Below the pieces are notes generated by a model. That model did no database searches and was not told the DNA's origin. It was given only the letters and a program-made list of their open reading frames with translations. The translations under genes were made by a program, and so were the position numbers. A stretch of DNA of 64,000 nt. Origin: an uncultured virus (IMG/VR IMGVR_UViG_3300037466_002047). Taxonomy: Duplodnaviria > Heunggongvirae > Uroviricota > Caudoviricetes. Below, piece after piece: positions 49,532-59,037 of the stretch (the stretch's first letter is position 1; every line of letters begins with the position of its first letter). The DNA is taken from IMG/VR virus record IMGVR_UViG_3300037466_002047. One strand, given 5' to 3'.

Positions 49532-50148
49532 ACTGAATTCGGGGCAGGACCGTCGCCCTAAGCGTCTCACGGCCCCGCCCCGTCATCAGTATCTGTCGCA
49601 TGCAGCGACAGATCGACGAGCGAATGCGAGTCGCACACTCGTCAATTTACCCGCTCCTCTGAGACGGAGGCACAAGGTAACGGGCAATTCGAATTTCGGC
49701 GGCGACGGCCCAGAACCCTCTACCAAGGGCACTCTGCAAGGCCCCAGCATCGACCCCGGCGAAGGACATTCACGAGGAACCCATGCAGGGCAACCGCCGC
49801 CTGTCCGAACCGGTCACGTGCCCGGCACGGCATCTCGCCCGGTAACCAGCACTATTTCAGCCGGTGCGTAGCGAGTAACGAACATCGGAGGCCCGGCCGT
49901 TCGGGACGCAACCCGCTGGGGGCTGGGGGGCTGGGGTCCAGCGAGCAATCCGCCGACCGAGCCACCGATGTTCGCACGCTTCTTTCAGGGCCGATCCTAC
50001 GCCCTAGCAAACCTCACGGACCGGCCCTTTCCGAAGCCTTGAGAGAGATCTCGCGACGAGGACATCTCTTCAGAGCGAATGCTCTGAATGCCGCCAACTC
50101 CTCTAAGGTCCAGGGCAGGAGGGGATCGGCGGCAATCGGTGAGAGCGA
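49532..50148 (-). ncRNA. ~600-nt highly structured non-coding segment
   Basis: at least seven clear inverted repeats tiling the intergenic region; no convincing ORF. Confidence 0.65.
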
Positions 50149-50622
50149 TTAGCCGGTCGGCTCCGAGGAGGGCGACACGTCGATGACCGGGAGCGCCTTG
50201 ATTTCCTCCTCGGGCATGTTGGCGAGGAGCGACTTGCGCAATTCGTCGGCGCGGCGGCGCTTATCGGCCTTCGCGACCGCATCCATGAACTGCGTCTCGC
50301 GGTCCAGAACGCGCTTGAATTCAGACACATCGACCTTCGACACAATCCAGCGCACCTCAGTGCGGGAGTCGTAATCGATTTCCAAATCGACCTCCGCGAC
50401 CTGCACGGTGGTGAAGCCGAGGCGGTTCTCGCCATTCGTGGGGACGACGCAGATGTCGCCCTTCGAGATGCTCTTGTCGAGCGTTTTGAACAGCATCGGC
50501 TTGGTGCCCGGGTGCACGTTGCCCTCGGGGGTCAGGCCCTCGTAGCTGCAGAGGATGGCGCGGACCTCGGGGTTCACGAGAAAGACAGCGAGCGATTTAT
50601 TTGCAATGGCGGCGGTAGACAC
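50149..50622 (-). CDS. hypothetical phage protein
   Basis: FKTLD..I.KGD..VVPT...V.V.EVD...RWIVSKVD. Confidence 0.7.
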   Translation of the reverse strand: MSTAAIANKSLAVFLVNPEVRAILCSYEGLTPEGNVHPGTKPMLFKTLDKSISKGDICVVPTNGENRLGFTTVQVAEVDLEIDYDSRTEVRWIVSKVDVSEFKRVLDRETQFMDAVAKADKRRRADELRKSLLANMPEEEIKALPVIDVSPSSEPTG

Positions 50623-50638
50623 GTTCTCGGCTCCTTTT

Positions 50639-51064
50639 TCAAAATTTGCGTGCGGGACGTTCGCTCTCGACGGCGGGCTGGGGTAGGGCCTCTCCAGGGT
50701 TGTCCACGTTATCCCCTGCACCGTTCGCAATTTCGAGCAAGACGTCGGCGTGACACGAGAGTCCGACGCGGCACCAGCACGCCAGATTTTTACCTGCCAA
50801 TTCGCGGCGCGCGGCTTCGATGAGATTGGGTCGCTGCATGATCATGAGCCGGTAGCACTCGATGGCATCCTCCCGCGTCGGCACCGCGAAATAGGGCGAG
50901 CCGGGGATTTGCTTCCCCGCTGGCCAATTCGGGAGGATGGAGAACGGATTCCCGAACTTGCCCGGCCGCGTGACCTTCACGGCGTCGAGTCCGTTCAATT
51001 TGCGGGAGCGCGCCTGCAGATCAAAGCCAGCACGCCGAGAGAGCGAGATGCGGACCGGCTTCAT
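50639..51064 (-). CDS. DUF4326-like protein
   Basis: VTRPGKFGNPF...LAGKNLACWC.....CHADVLLEIAN. Confidence 0.85.
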   Translation of the reverse strand: MKPVRISLSRRAGFDLQARSRKLNGLDAVKVTRPGKFGNPFSILPNWPAGKQIPGSPYFAVPTREDAIECYRLMIMQRPNLIEAARRELAGKNLACWCRVGLSCHADVLLEIANGAGDNVDNPGEALPQPAVESERPARKF

Positions 51065-51641
51065 GCGTTGCCGCCGCGCTCGTGCTCGGGAGCAGGGCGC
51101 GTGCCGGACCAATCCGGCCGCACGCCGTGGTGTTCGAATATCAAATCGCTGACGGCTGCGATCATCATGGCCTTGAACGCCTCCATGCGGACCTTATCGA
51201 TGACAAATTGCATCCGGATCGAGCCGAGGAAAACCGCGCCATCCATGGTGTCGGGGAGCGCGTAATAGGCGACCCACAGCGAGCCCTCGACGCGCAGCGC
51301 GAGCCGACCGACCTGCTCCTTAAGTTTTGCCGGGATGTCGTCGCTCACGCCACGCCCTCCAATTTCGCCCGCAGAGCAATGGAGGCGATCAAGGCGCTCG
51401 TGTATCGCGATACTTTCGCCACGACCACCTCCTCCGGGGGCGACCCTTCACGCGCGCGGCTCCAGAGCCGGTCGGTGACGTACATCGACATTGCGCTCCA
51501 TACCGCGACCTCCGGCGCTTTCCGGTCGCGCTGCGCGTCCTCTAGCAAGCTGGCGCGCGCGCGGAGCCGATCCATTGCTTCCTCGATCTCTTTGACCGTG
51601 TCGAGGATCGCGGTTTTCATTTCTTCAGACGGTGTACTCAT
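51061..51641 (-). CDS. two hypothetical ORFs (51061-51348, 51345-51641)
   Basis: coupled ORFs. Confidence 0.6.
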
Positions 51642-52168
51642 CAGCCCCTCTCCAATTCGGCTCGCGTGATGCCGAGCACGCCAGCGAGATATTCAAGCAC
51701 GTCCTCACACGACCGTCGGTATTCTTCCTTGGTCATGTGCCCCTCTTCCGGATCGCCCACTTTCTGGCTCCGGGGGGCGCGGACGCGCACGGCATTTCCG
51801 GACACGGTGACGACTACGCCATCGTTCGCGCGGTCTTTCAACGCCCATACGCCGATGGCCTGGGCCGCCTGCTCATTGGCGGCCTCGAGGTAGGAATCGA
51901 CGTACCAGCCGGTGTTGATGAGCGCCCGGTGCCGCATGTCGGACACGGTCGGGTAGCGCGCGGTCTGCTCGGGGGTGAGTTGGTCGTGGGCACGCCGGAT
52001 GATCGCATGATAGCGCCCGCGCTCCCGCGGCGAGACGTCATCGACCTCTACCGCCTCCATCACGTAGCGGCGGCCGTCCTGCATTCGATTGCGGCAGAGC
52101 AAGAGGTACTTCGGATCGGGCCTGAGCACGCCAGCCTCGGCGTCCCAGACGAACGGCACCGGCTGCAT
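51641..52168 (-). CDS. recombination-module accessory protein (NinB/Orf-like position)
   Basis: directly after the exonuclease; RH.ALI.TGW, PRSQ, M.KEEY..S...VL. Confidence 0.55.
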   Translation of the reverse strand: MQPVPFVWDAEAGVLRPDPKYLLLCRNRMQDGRRYVMEAVEVDDVSPRERGRYHAIIRRAHDQLTPEQTARYPTVSDMRHRALINTGWYVDSYLEAANEQAAQAIGVWALKDRANDGVVVTVSGNAVRVRAPRSQKVGDPEEGHMTKEEYRRSCEDVLEYLAGVLGITRAELERG

Positions 52169-52800
52169 CAGCGCACCCCGTAGTTCCGGACCAGGGCGCA
52201 GAGCGCGTCGCAGTCTTTGTTAAATTGCAGGACCGCGGCATAGAGATCCTTGATGAATTTATCGTCGCGGAAGATGCGGAAGCGCGGGGTAACAGGCATG
52301 GTCCGGTAGTAGCAGACGACGTCGCACCATTCGCGCTCACAAATCCAGAGACACCCCTGCACCTGTGCCATGTGCTCGGGGGGCATCCGGTCGAGGCGGA
52401 TCGTCTCCACCATGATGTGGGGCGATTGCGATTTAAATTCGACAATACCCTTGTCACCGACAAGCCCATCAGGGCTGCAGGAGCACATGCCGTCCCGGTG
52501 CACGACAAGCCCGACCTTGCGCACGGTCTCGTCGGTCAGGAGTTCGTAGGCGCTGAGCGCCTCGGGCTCCATGGTGTGGCCTCGGTCGGTGTAAGAATTG
52601 GAAAATGACTCCGCGGGCTCCCCGGAGAGACGTTCGCCAGCGATCTTCCGGAGATATTCGTCGCGCACTTTGCCCTCGCCCTTGGCGAGGATCTTCTTGA
52701 AATTGCTGGCGGTGGGGCGGCCGCAGCGGTGCTCAAACCACTCCGGCGAGTTCTGTTCGCACTCTATGACGAGCGGCTGTTTCCCGAGACGGTTTGACAT
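52168..52800 (-). CDS. YqaJ/lambda-exonuclease family protein
   Basis: EQNSPEW...R.G.PTAS, RGH.MEP.A, SPDGLVG...VEFKS, QVQG.LW. Confidence 0.92.
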   Translation of the reverse strand: MSNRLGKQPLVIECEQNSPEWFEHRCGRPTASNFKKILAKGEGKVRDEYLRKIAGERLSGEPAESFSNSYTDRGHTMEPEALSAYELLTDETVRKVGLVVHRDGMCSCSPDGLVGDKGIVEFKSQSPHIMVETIRLDRMPPEHMAQVQGCLWICEREWCDVVCYYRTMPVTPRFRIFRDDKFIKDLYAAVLQFNKDCDALCALVRNYGVR

Positions 52801-53606
52801 CACTTCTGCCGGATGAGGTTCATGGCCTGGGCGAACTGCTGGCCGGAGAGTTGATCGACCGCTTCGACTCCGAAGTGGGTGCAAAGCTTCGGCACGTCCA
52901 CGCCCTTAAATTCGATTGCCTTGTTCAACTCATCGAGTTGCTTCTTGGTGATCGGCGTGACGTCGCGCGCGCGCTCGCCATCGGTATCCTCGCCAGCGAT
53001 GGTCACATCGAAAATCATCAGCTTGAGGTAGCGCCGACCGTAGGAGAGGATGACGCCGACGCCCTGCGATGGGGCCATCAACTCCTTGCCCTGCGGCGAC
53101 TTGTGCGCGCCCGCGGGGAAGTCGAGGAAGTACTCGCGGCTCCAGCCAGAATGCCCATGGATGAGAACGCCTTTGACGCGATAGTGCCCATCCAGAGGAG
53201 AGTCGGCCATCGTCGTGGTAAGGCCGAAGCCGTGCTTCGCCATCAGCGGGTCCAGTTCGGATGACACCTTCTCGAGCGTCGCATATTTATGCTTGTCCGA
53301 TGCCTTATCCTTCGCGATGCGCGGCCGCGCCGATTGCAGCGCGATCAGCGCGGAGAACGCCTCGCGCTCCGCTTGGCGCGCGCGCTCCTCGTTCAGCAAT
53401 TTGGTGAGTTCGCCCATCTTCGCGGTATCGACCCTCGGATCGAGAGAGGCAGCGAGGATGCTCGCGAGCATGGTGTCCGCCGGAGCGGGCGCGGCGGCCG
53501 GAGCGGCGGCAACCGCCACCTCCTGAGATTTGCGCTTCCGGGTCGGCGCGACGTCGGCCTCCATCGGAAGCTCGGGAGATTTATCGGCGGTGGCGGCCTT
53601 GGTCAT
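52800..53606 (-). CDS. ERF-family single-strand annealing protein
   Basis: KYATLE, P.M.KHG, H.HSG, QG.G..LSYGRRYL......GEDTDG. Confidence 0.88.
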   Translation of the reverse strand: MTKAATADKSPELPMEADVAPTRKRKSQEVAVAAAPAAAPAPADTMLASILAASLDPRVDTAKMGELTKLLNEERARQAEREAFSALIALQSARPRIAKDKASDKHKYATLEKVSSELDPLMAKHGFGLTTTMADSPLDGHYRVKGVLIHGHSGWSREYFLDFPAGAHKSPQGKELMAPSQGVGVILSYGRRYLKLMIFDVTIAGEDTDGERARDVTPITKKQLDELNKAIEFKGVDVPKLCTHFGVEAVDQLSGQQFAQAMNLIRQK

Positions 53607-53981
53607 TTGTTCAAATTTCCTTGTTGGTGGTTGGGCGCGCGAGATGATGCAGGAACAGCGTCTCGCGGCGGAAAGCAGAGCACCCCTGCTCTGGTAGGCG
53701 GAAGGTCGCCCACATAGGGCTGTTGCGATTTTCACAAACGGCCCCGGCGCGATCATTCTCGGCCAGGATCACGCTATCGCACCAAAAGCGGCAGACGGCG
53801 CATCGATTAGGCGCGCATTTTTCAGTCATTGGAGTCACCCCTCTATGCCCACCCGGGAGAGGCGAGACGGTCGGCGCTTTGAATGAAGGAAGGGCAGTTC
53901 GGCTCGAGTTTCCCGGGACACGAAGCGGCAGGTTCGCGTGGGTGAGCGGGCGGGGAAAGCGCGATTCCGGTCATTCCACTG

Positions 53982-54011
53982 AAAAGAAAAGGCCCGGTGG
54001 ATAACCGGGCC
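53982..54011 (-). terminator. rho-independent terminator
   Basis: GGCCCGGT-TATCC-ACCGGGCC-TTTTCTTTT on the minus strand. Confidence 0.8.
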
Positions 54012-54067
54012 AGAGGTGGGCTTTCGCCACGTTCGGGAGGAACGCGGCGACAGGATGCACATACCGA

Positions 54068-54466
54068 CTACATTTGTGCAAGTGGAGTTATCCCCTGACG
54101 CCGGTAAGCTATGACGCCGCGCATCGACCGCACGCGACGGCGCACGCGATGCCCGTCATTGCCGGATAGCACCTCCCAGCCTTCCGCGGCGTGACCAACG
54201 ATCTTTCCAACATGGTGGGCCCAGACGACGATCACGCCAATGGCGGGGCCACCAGCATCGATCCCCCACCGCGCCCATGCGCGCGCTTGATTGAAAAGTT
54301 TTCCAGGGTCGTGGTCGACCAGATTGTGCCGAGCATACCACCCGCACCATGCAGACGGCCTGGGATCGCCGGTCGAAGCCCGGTGATGATGGTGATGCGA
54401 GCGCGCCGCGGCAGGGGAAGCGGCGAGAGCGAGGGCACAGGCCAGAGCAATCGCGGTGGGTTTCAT
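54068..54466 (-). CDS. secreted CHAP/NlpC-P60-like peptidase
   Basis: signal peptide, His run, AWCGW, ARAW..WG, HHVG.I.G, SGND. Confidence 0.75.
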   Translation of the reverse strand: MKPTAIALACALALAASPAAARSHHHHHRASTGDPRPSAWCGWYARHNLVDHDPGKLFNQARAWARWGIDAGGPAIGVIVVWAHHVGKIVGHAAEGWEVLSGNDGHRVRRRVRSMRGVIAYRRQGITPLAQM

Positions 54467-54559
54467 CTGGTCTCCCTTGGTTCCGTTGCGAGGGACGGAA
54501 TCGGTAGCGTGCACCCGGCCGCGATGTCCAGTTCGCGGTGCATAAGTCCTGAGCGCCCA

Positions 54560-54627
54560 TTGTCGGGCGAGCGCGCGCGGTGCTCAGATCGCGATGTTAA
54601 TTTTTCCCACATAAATGGAGATGCAAG
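54560..54627. promoter_or_regulatory. divergent promoter region
   Basis: AT-rich GTTAATTTTTCCCACATAAAT between divergent operons. Confidence 0.45.
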
Positions 54628-55098
54628 ATGGCTCGCAAGGCCAAGAACGCCGACTCCGGCGAGAGCAAAGTGTCGACGTCCGTGTCGGTGCTGATCAACG
54701 CCAACCAATTGAACAATCTCATCAAAGCCGGTCGCTCGACCGCGAAGCAGACGGCCGAATTGACCGGCTCGTTCCGCGAGAAGATCGCCTATGCGAAGGA
54801 CAAGCAGTGCCTCCACACCAAGGCGTTCGCGCACACGCGCCAGATGGACAAGATGGAGCCCGAGCAACTGCTCGAGTACTGGACGCACCTGCTCGCCTAC
54901 ATGGACATGGCGGGCATCAAGGAACGCATGGACGCTGTCGGCACGCTCGGCCTCGATGATGGCGATGCGCCCGCCGGTGCTGACGTCGGTGGCCGTCCCG
55001 CGAACGTCGAAAGCCTTGCGGAAAAGCGCAAGCGCCGCAGCGCCGCGGCCGAAGGCGAAGGCGAAGGCCAGGGCGAACCCGAAACCGCCGTCCACTGA
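54628..55098 (+). CDS. GapR-like (DUF2312-related) DNA-binding protein candidate
   Basis: helical pattern ...IAYAKDKQCLHTKAF...MDKMEP...LLAYMDMAG resembling the GapR core. Confidence 0.45.
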   Translation: MARKAKNADSGESKVSTSVSVLINANQLNNLIKAGRSTAKQTAELTGSFREKIAYAKDKQCLHTKAFAHTRQMDKMEPEQLLEYWTHLLAYMDMAGIKERMDAVGTLGLDDGDAPAGADVGGRPANVESLAEKRKRRSAAAEGEGEGQGEPETAVH

Positions 55099-55682
55099 TG
55101 CGTCCGTTCGCGGACCTTGCCGGGCGAAAGTTCGGCCACCTCGTCGCCGTCTCCTCCGAATTGAGGGGGCGGCGACGTTATTGGGAATGCCGCTGCGAGT
55201 GCGGAACGGTAAAGCGCATCAGGCATGATGGCCTGCTCGCTGGCGACCATACATCCTGCGGGTGCCTTAAGGGTTTCGCACACGGCGGCACTGGCACGCC
55301 GGAACATAAGGCGTGGTGCAATATGATCGAGCGGTGTCACACGACAACGCATCGCGAATATCGACGCTATGGCGGGCGCGGGATTGAGGTCTGTCAGGAA
55401 TGGCGAGAGAGCTTCATTGCATTTCTGCGGCACATCGGGCCACGTCCATCACGGAAGCATTCCGTCGACCGGATAGACAATAACGACGGCTACCGCCCCG
55501 GCAACGTCCGATGGGCGACCGCGCGGCAGCAAGCCCACAATCGGCGCGGTCAAATCAATGAAGCGATAGCGGAGCGCGTCCGCAAGGCGAAGGGTAAGCA
55601 AATCGAAATAGCGCAGCGATTTGGAATACATCCTTCGACCGTCAGTCGCATAAAATCGGGTGAACAATGGGCCTCTATTTAG
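55098..55682 (+). CDS. HNH homing endonuclease
   Basis: CRCECG, SCGC, W.NM..RC, YGGRGI.VC.EW, SVDRIDN..GY.PGNVRWAT..QQ..N; C-terminal HTH. Confidence 0.9.
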   Translation: MRPFADLAGRKFGHLVAVSSELRGRRRYWECRCECGTVKRIRHDGLLAGDHTSCGCLKGFAHGGTGTPEHKAWCNMIERCHTTTHREYRRYGGRGIEVCQEWRESFIAFLRHIGPRPSRKHSVDRIDNNDGYRPGNVRWATARQQAHNRRGQINEAIAERVRKAKGKQIEIAQRFGIHPSTVSRIKSGEQWASI

Positions 55683-56194
55683 GCGTTGACCCAGGCATCA
55701 CCGGCGCGCTGTCCATCGTGGATTGCGCGCCGGGTCGTACCCCGGCCCTCGTTTCGTGCATCGATGTTCCGGTGGCAGGCGAGGGGGCGAAGAAACGAGT
55801 GGCGGTCGGCAAGCTCTCGGAGTGGCTCGATAAGCACGACGCCAACATCAAGGTCGCCTATATCGAACGCGCGCAGGCAATGCCCGACCAGGGATCGTCC
55901 AGCGGCTTCCTTTACGGCCGGTGCGTGGGCGCGCTCGAGGCCACGGTCCTCCTGCACGGCATCCCCCTCAGAACGGCCGAGCCGAGCGTCTGGAAGCGCG
56001 CAATGGGTCTCAGCAAGCAAGGGAAGCCTGCCAGCCTCGCAAACGCACGGCTGCTCGTTACAGGCTCGTCTGAGGCCCTTACGCGCGCAGGCGACCATAA
56101 CCGAGCGGAGTCCATGCTGATCGCGGTCTGGGGCGCGACGCAACAGGGAGTCCTAGTTCCGATCAGTTTTCAAGCTACGCGGCAGGCGGGCTGA
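55667..56194 (+). CDS. RuvC-like Holliday junction resolvase
   Basis: LGVDPG.TGA, IE, P..WK, DHNRAE.MLIA. Confidence 0.85.
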   Translation: MGLYLGVDPGITGALSIVDCAPGRTPALVSCIDVPVAGEGAKKRVAVGKLSEWLDKHDANIKVAYIERAQAMPDQGSSSGFLYGRCVGALEATVLLHGIPLRTAEPSVWKRAMGLSKQGKPASLANARLLVTGSSEALTRAGDHNRAESMLIAVWGATQQGVLVPISFQATRQAG

Positions 56195-56295
56195 GGATTC
56201 GGTGAGTTGCGGGGGAGAACTCTCCCGCGGCCATAGCTACCCCGGCGGGAAGCGGGCCATGTAGCGCCCGCCCGGGGGGCGGATACGGGGAGCCG

Positions 56296-56943
56296 ATGCA
56301 ATCATCGCAATCACTTCCGCCCGGCGACCGCTTGCTTCGCGGGCTGCCGCTCAAGCATTTCCCTTGCGTCCACGCCGACGTGCCGTGGCATTACAAGCCC
56401 TATAAGCCCCCGCCGCCGGACGCGCATGGTCGCCGCGACACGGAACGCCACTACAGCACGATGAGCGTCGATGAGATCGCGGCGCTGCCGGTTGCAGACT
56501 ATGTCGCGCGCGACTGTCATCTGTGGTTCTGGTCGACCGGAACGCACCTCCCGATGGCTTTCGAGATCATGCGTGGGTGGGGGTTTAAGTTTTCCGCGAG
56601 CGGCTTCGTCTGGATCAAATTGAAAAAGAAGTTTGGCCAGCGCGAGCACCTCATCCGGAGCTATAGCATTGAGGAAGCGCTACACCTCGGGCTCGGCAAA
56701 ACGACGCGCAAAAACGCGGAGTTCTGCCTTCTCGGCCGCCGCGGCAATCCGAAAAAGCTGAGCAACAGCGTGCGCGAGGTCATCCTCACGCCAGTGCGTG
56801 AGCATTCGCGCAAACCGGACGAGGTGTACGAGCGCATCGAAAAATACTGCCCGGGCCCGCGGCTCGATTTGTTCGGCCGACAGCAGCGCCCGGGATGGGA
56901 AGTCCGCGGCGACGAAGCCGACAAGTTCGGAGTCGAGGCATGA
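56296..56943 (+). CDS. MT-A70 family adenine methyltransferase
   Basis: ADVPW, HYSTM, L.FW.T, WGF, FVWIK, R.NAEFCL.G.RG, REHSRKPD, LFGR..RPGW..RGDE. Confidence 0.92.
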   Translation: MQSSQSLPPGDRLLRGLPLKHFPCVHADVPWHYKPYKPPPPDAHGRRDTERHYSTMSVDEIAALPVADYVARDCHLWFWSTGTHLPMAFEIMRGWGFKFSASGFVWIKLKKKFGQREHLIRSYSIEEALHLGLGKTTRKNAEFCLLGRRGNPKKLSNSVREVILTPVREHSRKPDEVYERIEKYCPGPRLDLFGRQQRPGWEVRGDEADKFGVEA

Positions 56944-57818
56944 CGACGCCGCTGGGGTACGTCCGCGTTTATCGCCGCACCTGGGAGCACGCAATGTTTC
57001 GCGATGAGCCCTATACGCGCCGCGAAGCATGGCTCTGGCTGATTTCGGAAGCCGCATGGAAGCCAACTCAAGTCCGGATTTGGCCGATCCCCGGCAGAGC
57101 CGGAGTGGTGATCAATCTCGAGCGCGGCCAAGTCGCCCACGCCGAGCGGTTCCTTGCGGAGAAGTGGGGGTGGAGCCGGAGCAAGGTTCGGCGGTTTATT
57201 CGCGACCTAACCTCCGAACGGATGGTGAGCCGCGCGACGGCCCAGCCTGCGGCCCAGGCTATTAGCGTACTAACCATCTGCAAATACGACGAATATCAGC
57301 CGGACCGATCCGACGACGGCCCAGCCTCTGACAACGAAACGGCCCAACCTGCGGCCCGCGATCCGGCCCAAAGTAAAAGAACAGAAAGAACAGAAAGAAC
57401 AGAAATAGGGGTAGAATCTATCGGTCCCGAGCTGACCCTTTTCGGGGTCAACGCGAACGCCGGAACCGAACTCCCGAGCGGTCCACCGGCAGCGCCGAAG
57501 CCAGCCAAGGTTCCCGCGGTGCAGGACGACTGGCCGGTGGATTACGGGGAACAATTCTGGGTTCGATACCCTCCTGGCCGGAAGTCCGGCAAGAAAGCGG
57601 TGCTCGCGAAGCTGGCGACCATTCGCAAAAACCGGGAAGTGACCTTCGCGCGCCTAATGGACGGACTGAGCCGATACGTCGAATCCATGCCGGACCCGAA
57701 ATACACGAAAGGCCCGCTCGTCTGGTTGAACCAGGGGTGCTGGGACGATGAGCCGCCGCCCGCGAGTCAACGTGGGCGAGAATTGACGATGGCCGACATT
57801 GCGCGAGGAAATTTCTGA
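56940..57818 (+). CDS. replication initiator (lambda O-like)
   Basis: EAWLWL, LERGQ.....RFLA.KWGWS..KV.RF, TIC.Y..YQ, FW..YP, WLN..CW.DE; internal iterons. Confidence 0.8.
   Translation: MTTPLGYVRVYRRTWEHAMFRDEPYTRREAWLWLISEAAWKPTQVRIWPIPGRAGVVINLERGQVAHAERFLAEKWGWSRSKVRRFIRDLTSERMVSRATAQPAAQAISVLTICKYDEYQPDRSDDGPASDNETAQPAARDPAQSKRTERTERTEIGVESIGPELTLFGVNANAGTELPSGPPAAPKPAKVPAVQDDWPVDYGEQFWVRYPPGRKSGKKAVLAKLATIRKNREVTFARLMDGLSRYVESMPDPKYTKGPLVWLNQGCWDDEPPPASQRGRELTMADIARGNF
57238..57406 (+). repeat. iteron-like repeats and A-rich tandem repeat (probable origin)
   Basis: CGGCCC at 57238, 57250, 57317, 57340, 57352, 57364, then AAGAACAGA x3. Confidence 0.7.
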
Positions 57819-58609
57819 TGAGCAACGAACTCACAACGCAGGCAGAAAACCGGCGGCCGGTGCTGGCGGACGATCCGACGACGCGCGAGATCGTCCGCGT
57901 GCTCACGCTGATGAAGCTCGCTGACGGGGAGCGTGAGCTTCGCCGCGAACTCAAGCCGGGTGAGCGCAAGGCGCTCGAGCGCCGCAAGATCGAAATCGGG
58001 CGCTTCCTCCGGCCGATTGATCGTGCCGATGAGGAGCGTCGCCACCTCGCGCAGACGCTCGGGCAAATGTTCCTCGGCTTTGGGACGGCAAATACGAAAG
58101 ACGCCGCCGCGAAGGTTTCGGCTTACATCGAGGGCCTACTCGACCAGCCACTGCACGCGATCCTTTGCGCCATCGATGACATCCGGAGGGGCAACACGGA
58201 TCTGGATTCCTCCTTCGCGCCGACCAGCGTCGACATCGTTAAGGCGGCGAAAAAATACACCGAGGATGCGCGCGCGGAGTTGGCGGCCATCGACGCGACG
58301 CTCCGCGGCAAGCCCGGCCAAGTCCAGATCAGCGAAGCGGAGCGTGCGCGCATTGGTGCTGGACTCAAGGATCTCGCGAAGGGGATGCGCGCCAACCTCG
58401 ACGGCGAAAAAATCGACAAAGGCGACGAATTCGCCAAGGCCGCGGCCGCCAGGAATAACTCCTACATCGGAAACGAGTGGGAGCGGTACGGGCTCGAGCC
58501 GCGCTATGCGGACAAGGAAAAGACGATTCCGGTGAGTCTCGCGCTGGCGCGCATGAACAATCCGGAGTTGGATGTTCAATGCCGCAACATCGAAAAACGG
58601 AGGAAGTGA
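57818..58609 (+). CDS. helicase-loader-like protein (by position)
   Basis: follows the initiator; Y...L.D.P..AI..A......FAPT. Confidence 0.5.
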   Translation: MSNELTTQAENRRPVLADDPTTREIVRVLTLMKLADGERELRRELKPGERKALERRKIEIGRFLRPIDRADEERRHLAQTLGQMFLGFGTANTKDAAAKVSAYIEGLLDQPLHAILCAIDDIRRGNTDLDSSFAPTSVDIVKAAKKYTEDARAELAAIDATLRGKPGQVQISEAERARIGAGLKDLAKGMRANLDGEKIDKGDEFAKAAAARNNSYIGNEWERYGLEPRYADKEKTIPVSLALARMNNPELDVQCRNIEKRRK

Positions 58610-58998
58610 ACGTGAGCAGCAACGGATGGGTCGGCGTCGACCTCGACGGCACGTTGGCCTTTTACGACCACTGGCGCGGGCCCGAGCACATCGGCGCTCC
58701 GATCCCCGCCATGCTCGAGCGCGTGAAGCGCTGGATCGCGGAGGGCCGGGAGGTCCGCATCTTCACGGCACGCGTCGACAATGCGAACGGGGACGCCTTC
58801 ACGGCCCGCCGCGCCATCGAAGCGTACTGCCAGGAGCATGTCGGTGAGGTGCTCCCGATCACCAACCAAAAGGACTACCGGATGGTAGAAATGTGGGACG
58901 ACCGCTGCGTACAGGTCATCCCAAACACCGGCCGCACGATTGCGGACGAATTGGAATCCGAGCGCATGGCGCGCGCGGGCAAGCAGGCGGGGCACTGA
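58606..58998 (+). CDS. HAD-family phosphatase (PNK 3'-phosphatase-like)
   Basis: VGVDLDGTLA, IFTAR, TNQKD, WDDR. Confidence 0.88.
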   Translation: MNVSSNGWVGVDLDGTLAFYDHWRGPEHIGAPIPAMLERVKRWIAEGREVRIFTARVDNANGDAFTARRAIEAYCQEHVGEVLPITNQKDYRMVEMWDDRCVQVIPNTGRTIADELESERMARAGKQAGH

Positions 58999-59037
58999 CG
59001 CCCGGTTCGGTTGGTAGGAGTTAGTAGCGTGGGATCG

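Noticed and set aside
49532..49590. Hammerhead ribozyme (CUGAUGA...GAA on the minus strand)
   Set aside because: The core reads CUGAUGA-C-stem-GAAU rather than GAAA, I found no stem I/III with a cleavage triplet, and the flanks ACUGA/UCAGU simply extend one long hairpin.
56200..56290. Two GC-rich hairpins between the resolvase and methyltransferase genes
   Set aside because: Short, no U tract, and expected by chance at this GC content; not enough to call.
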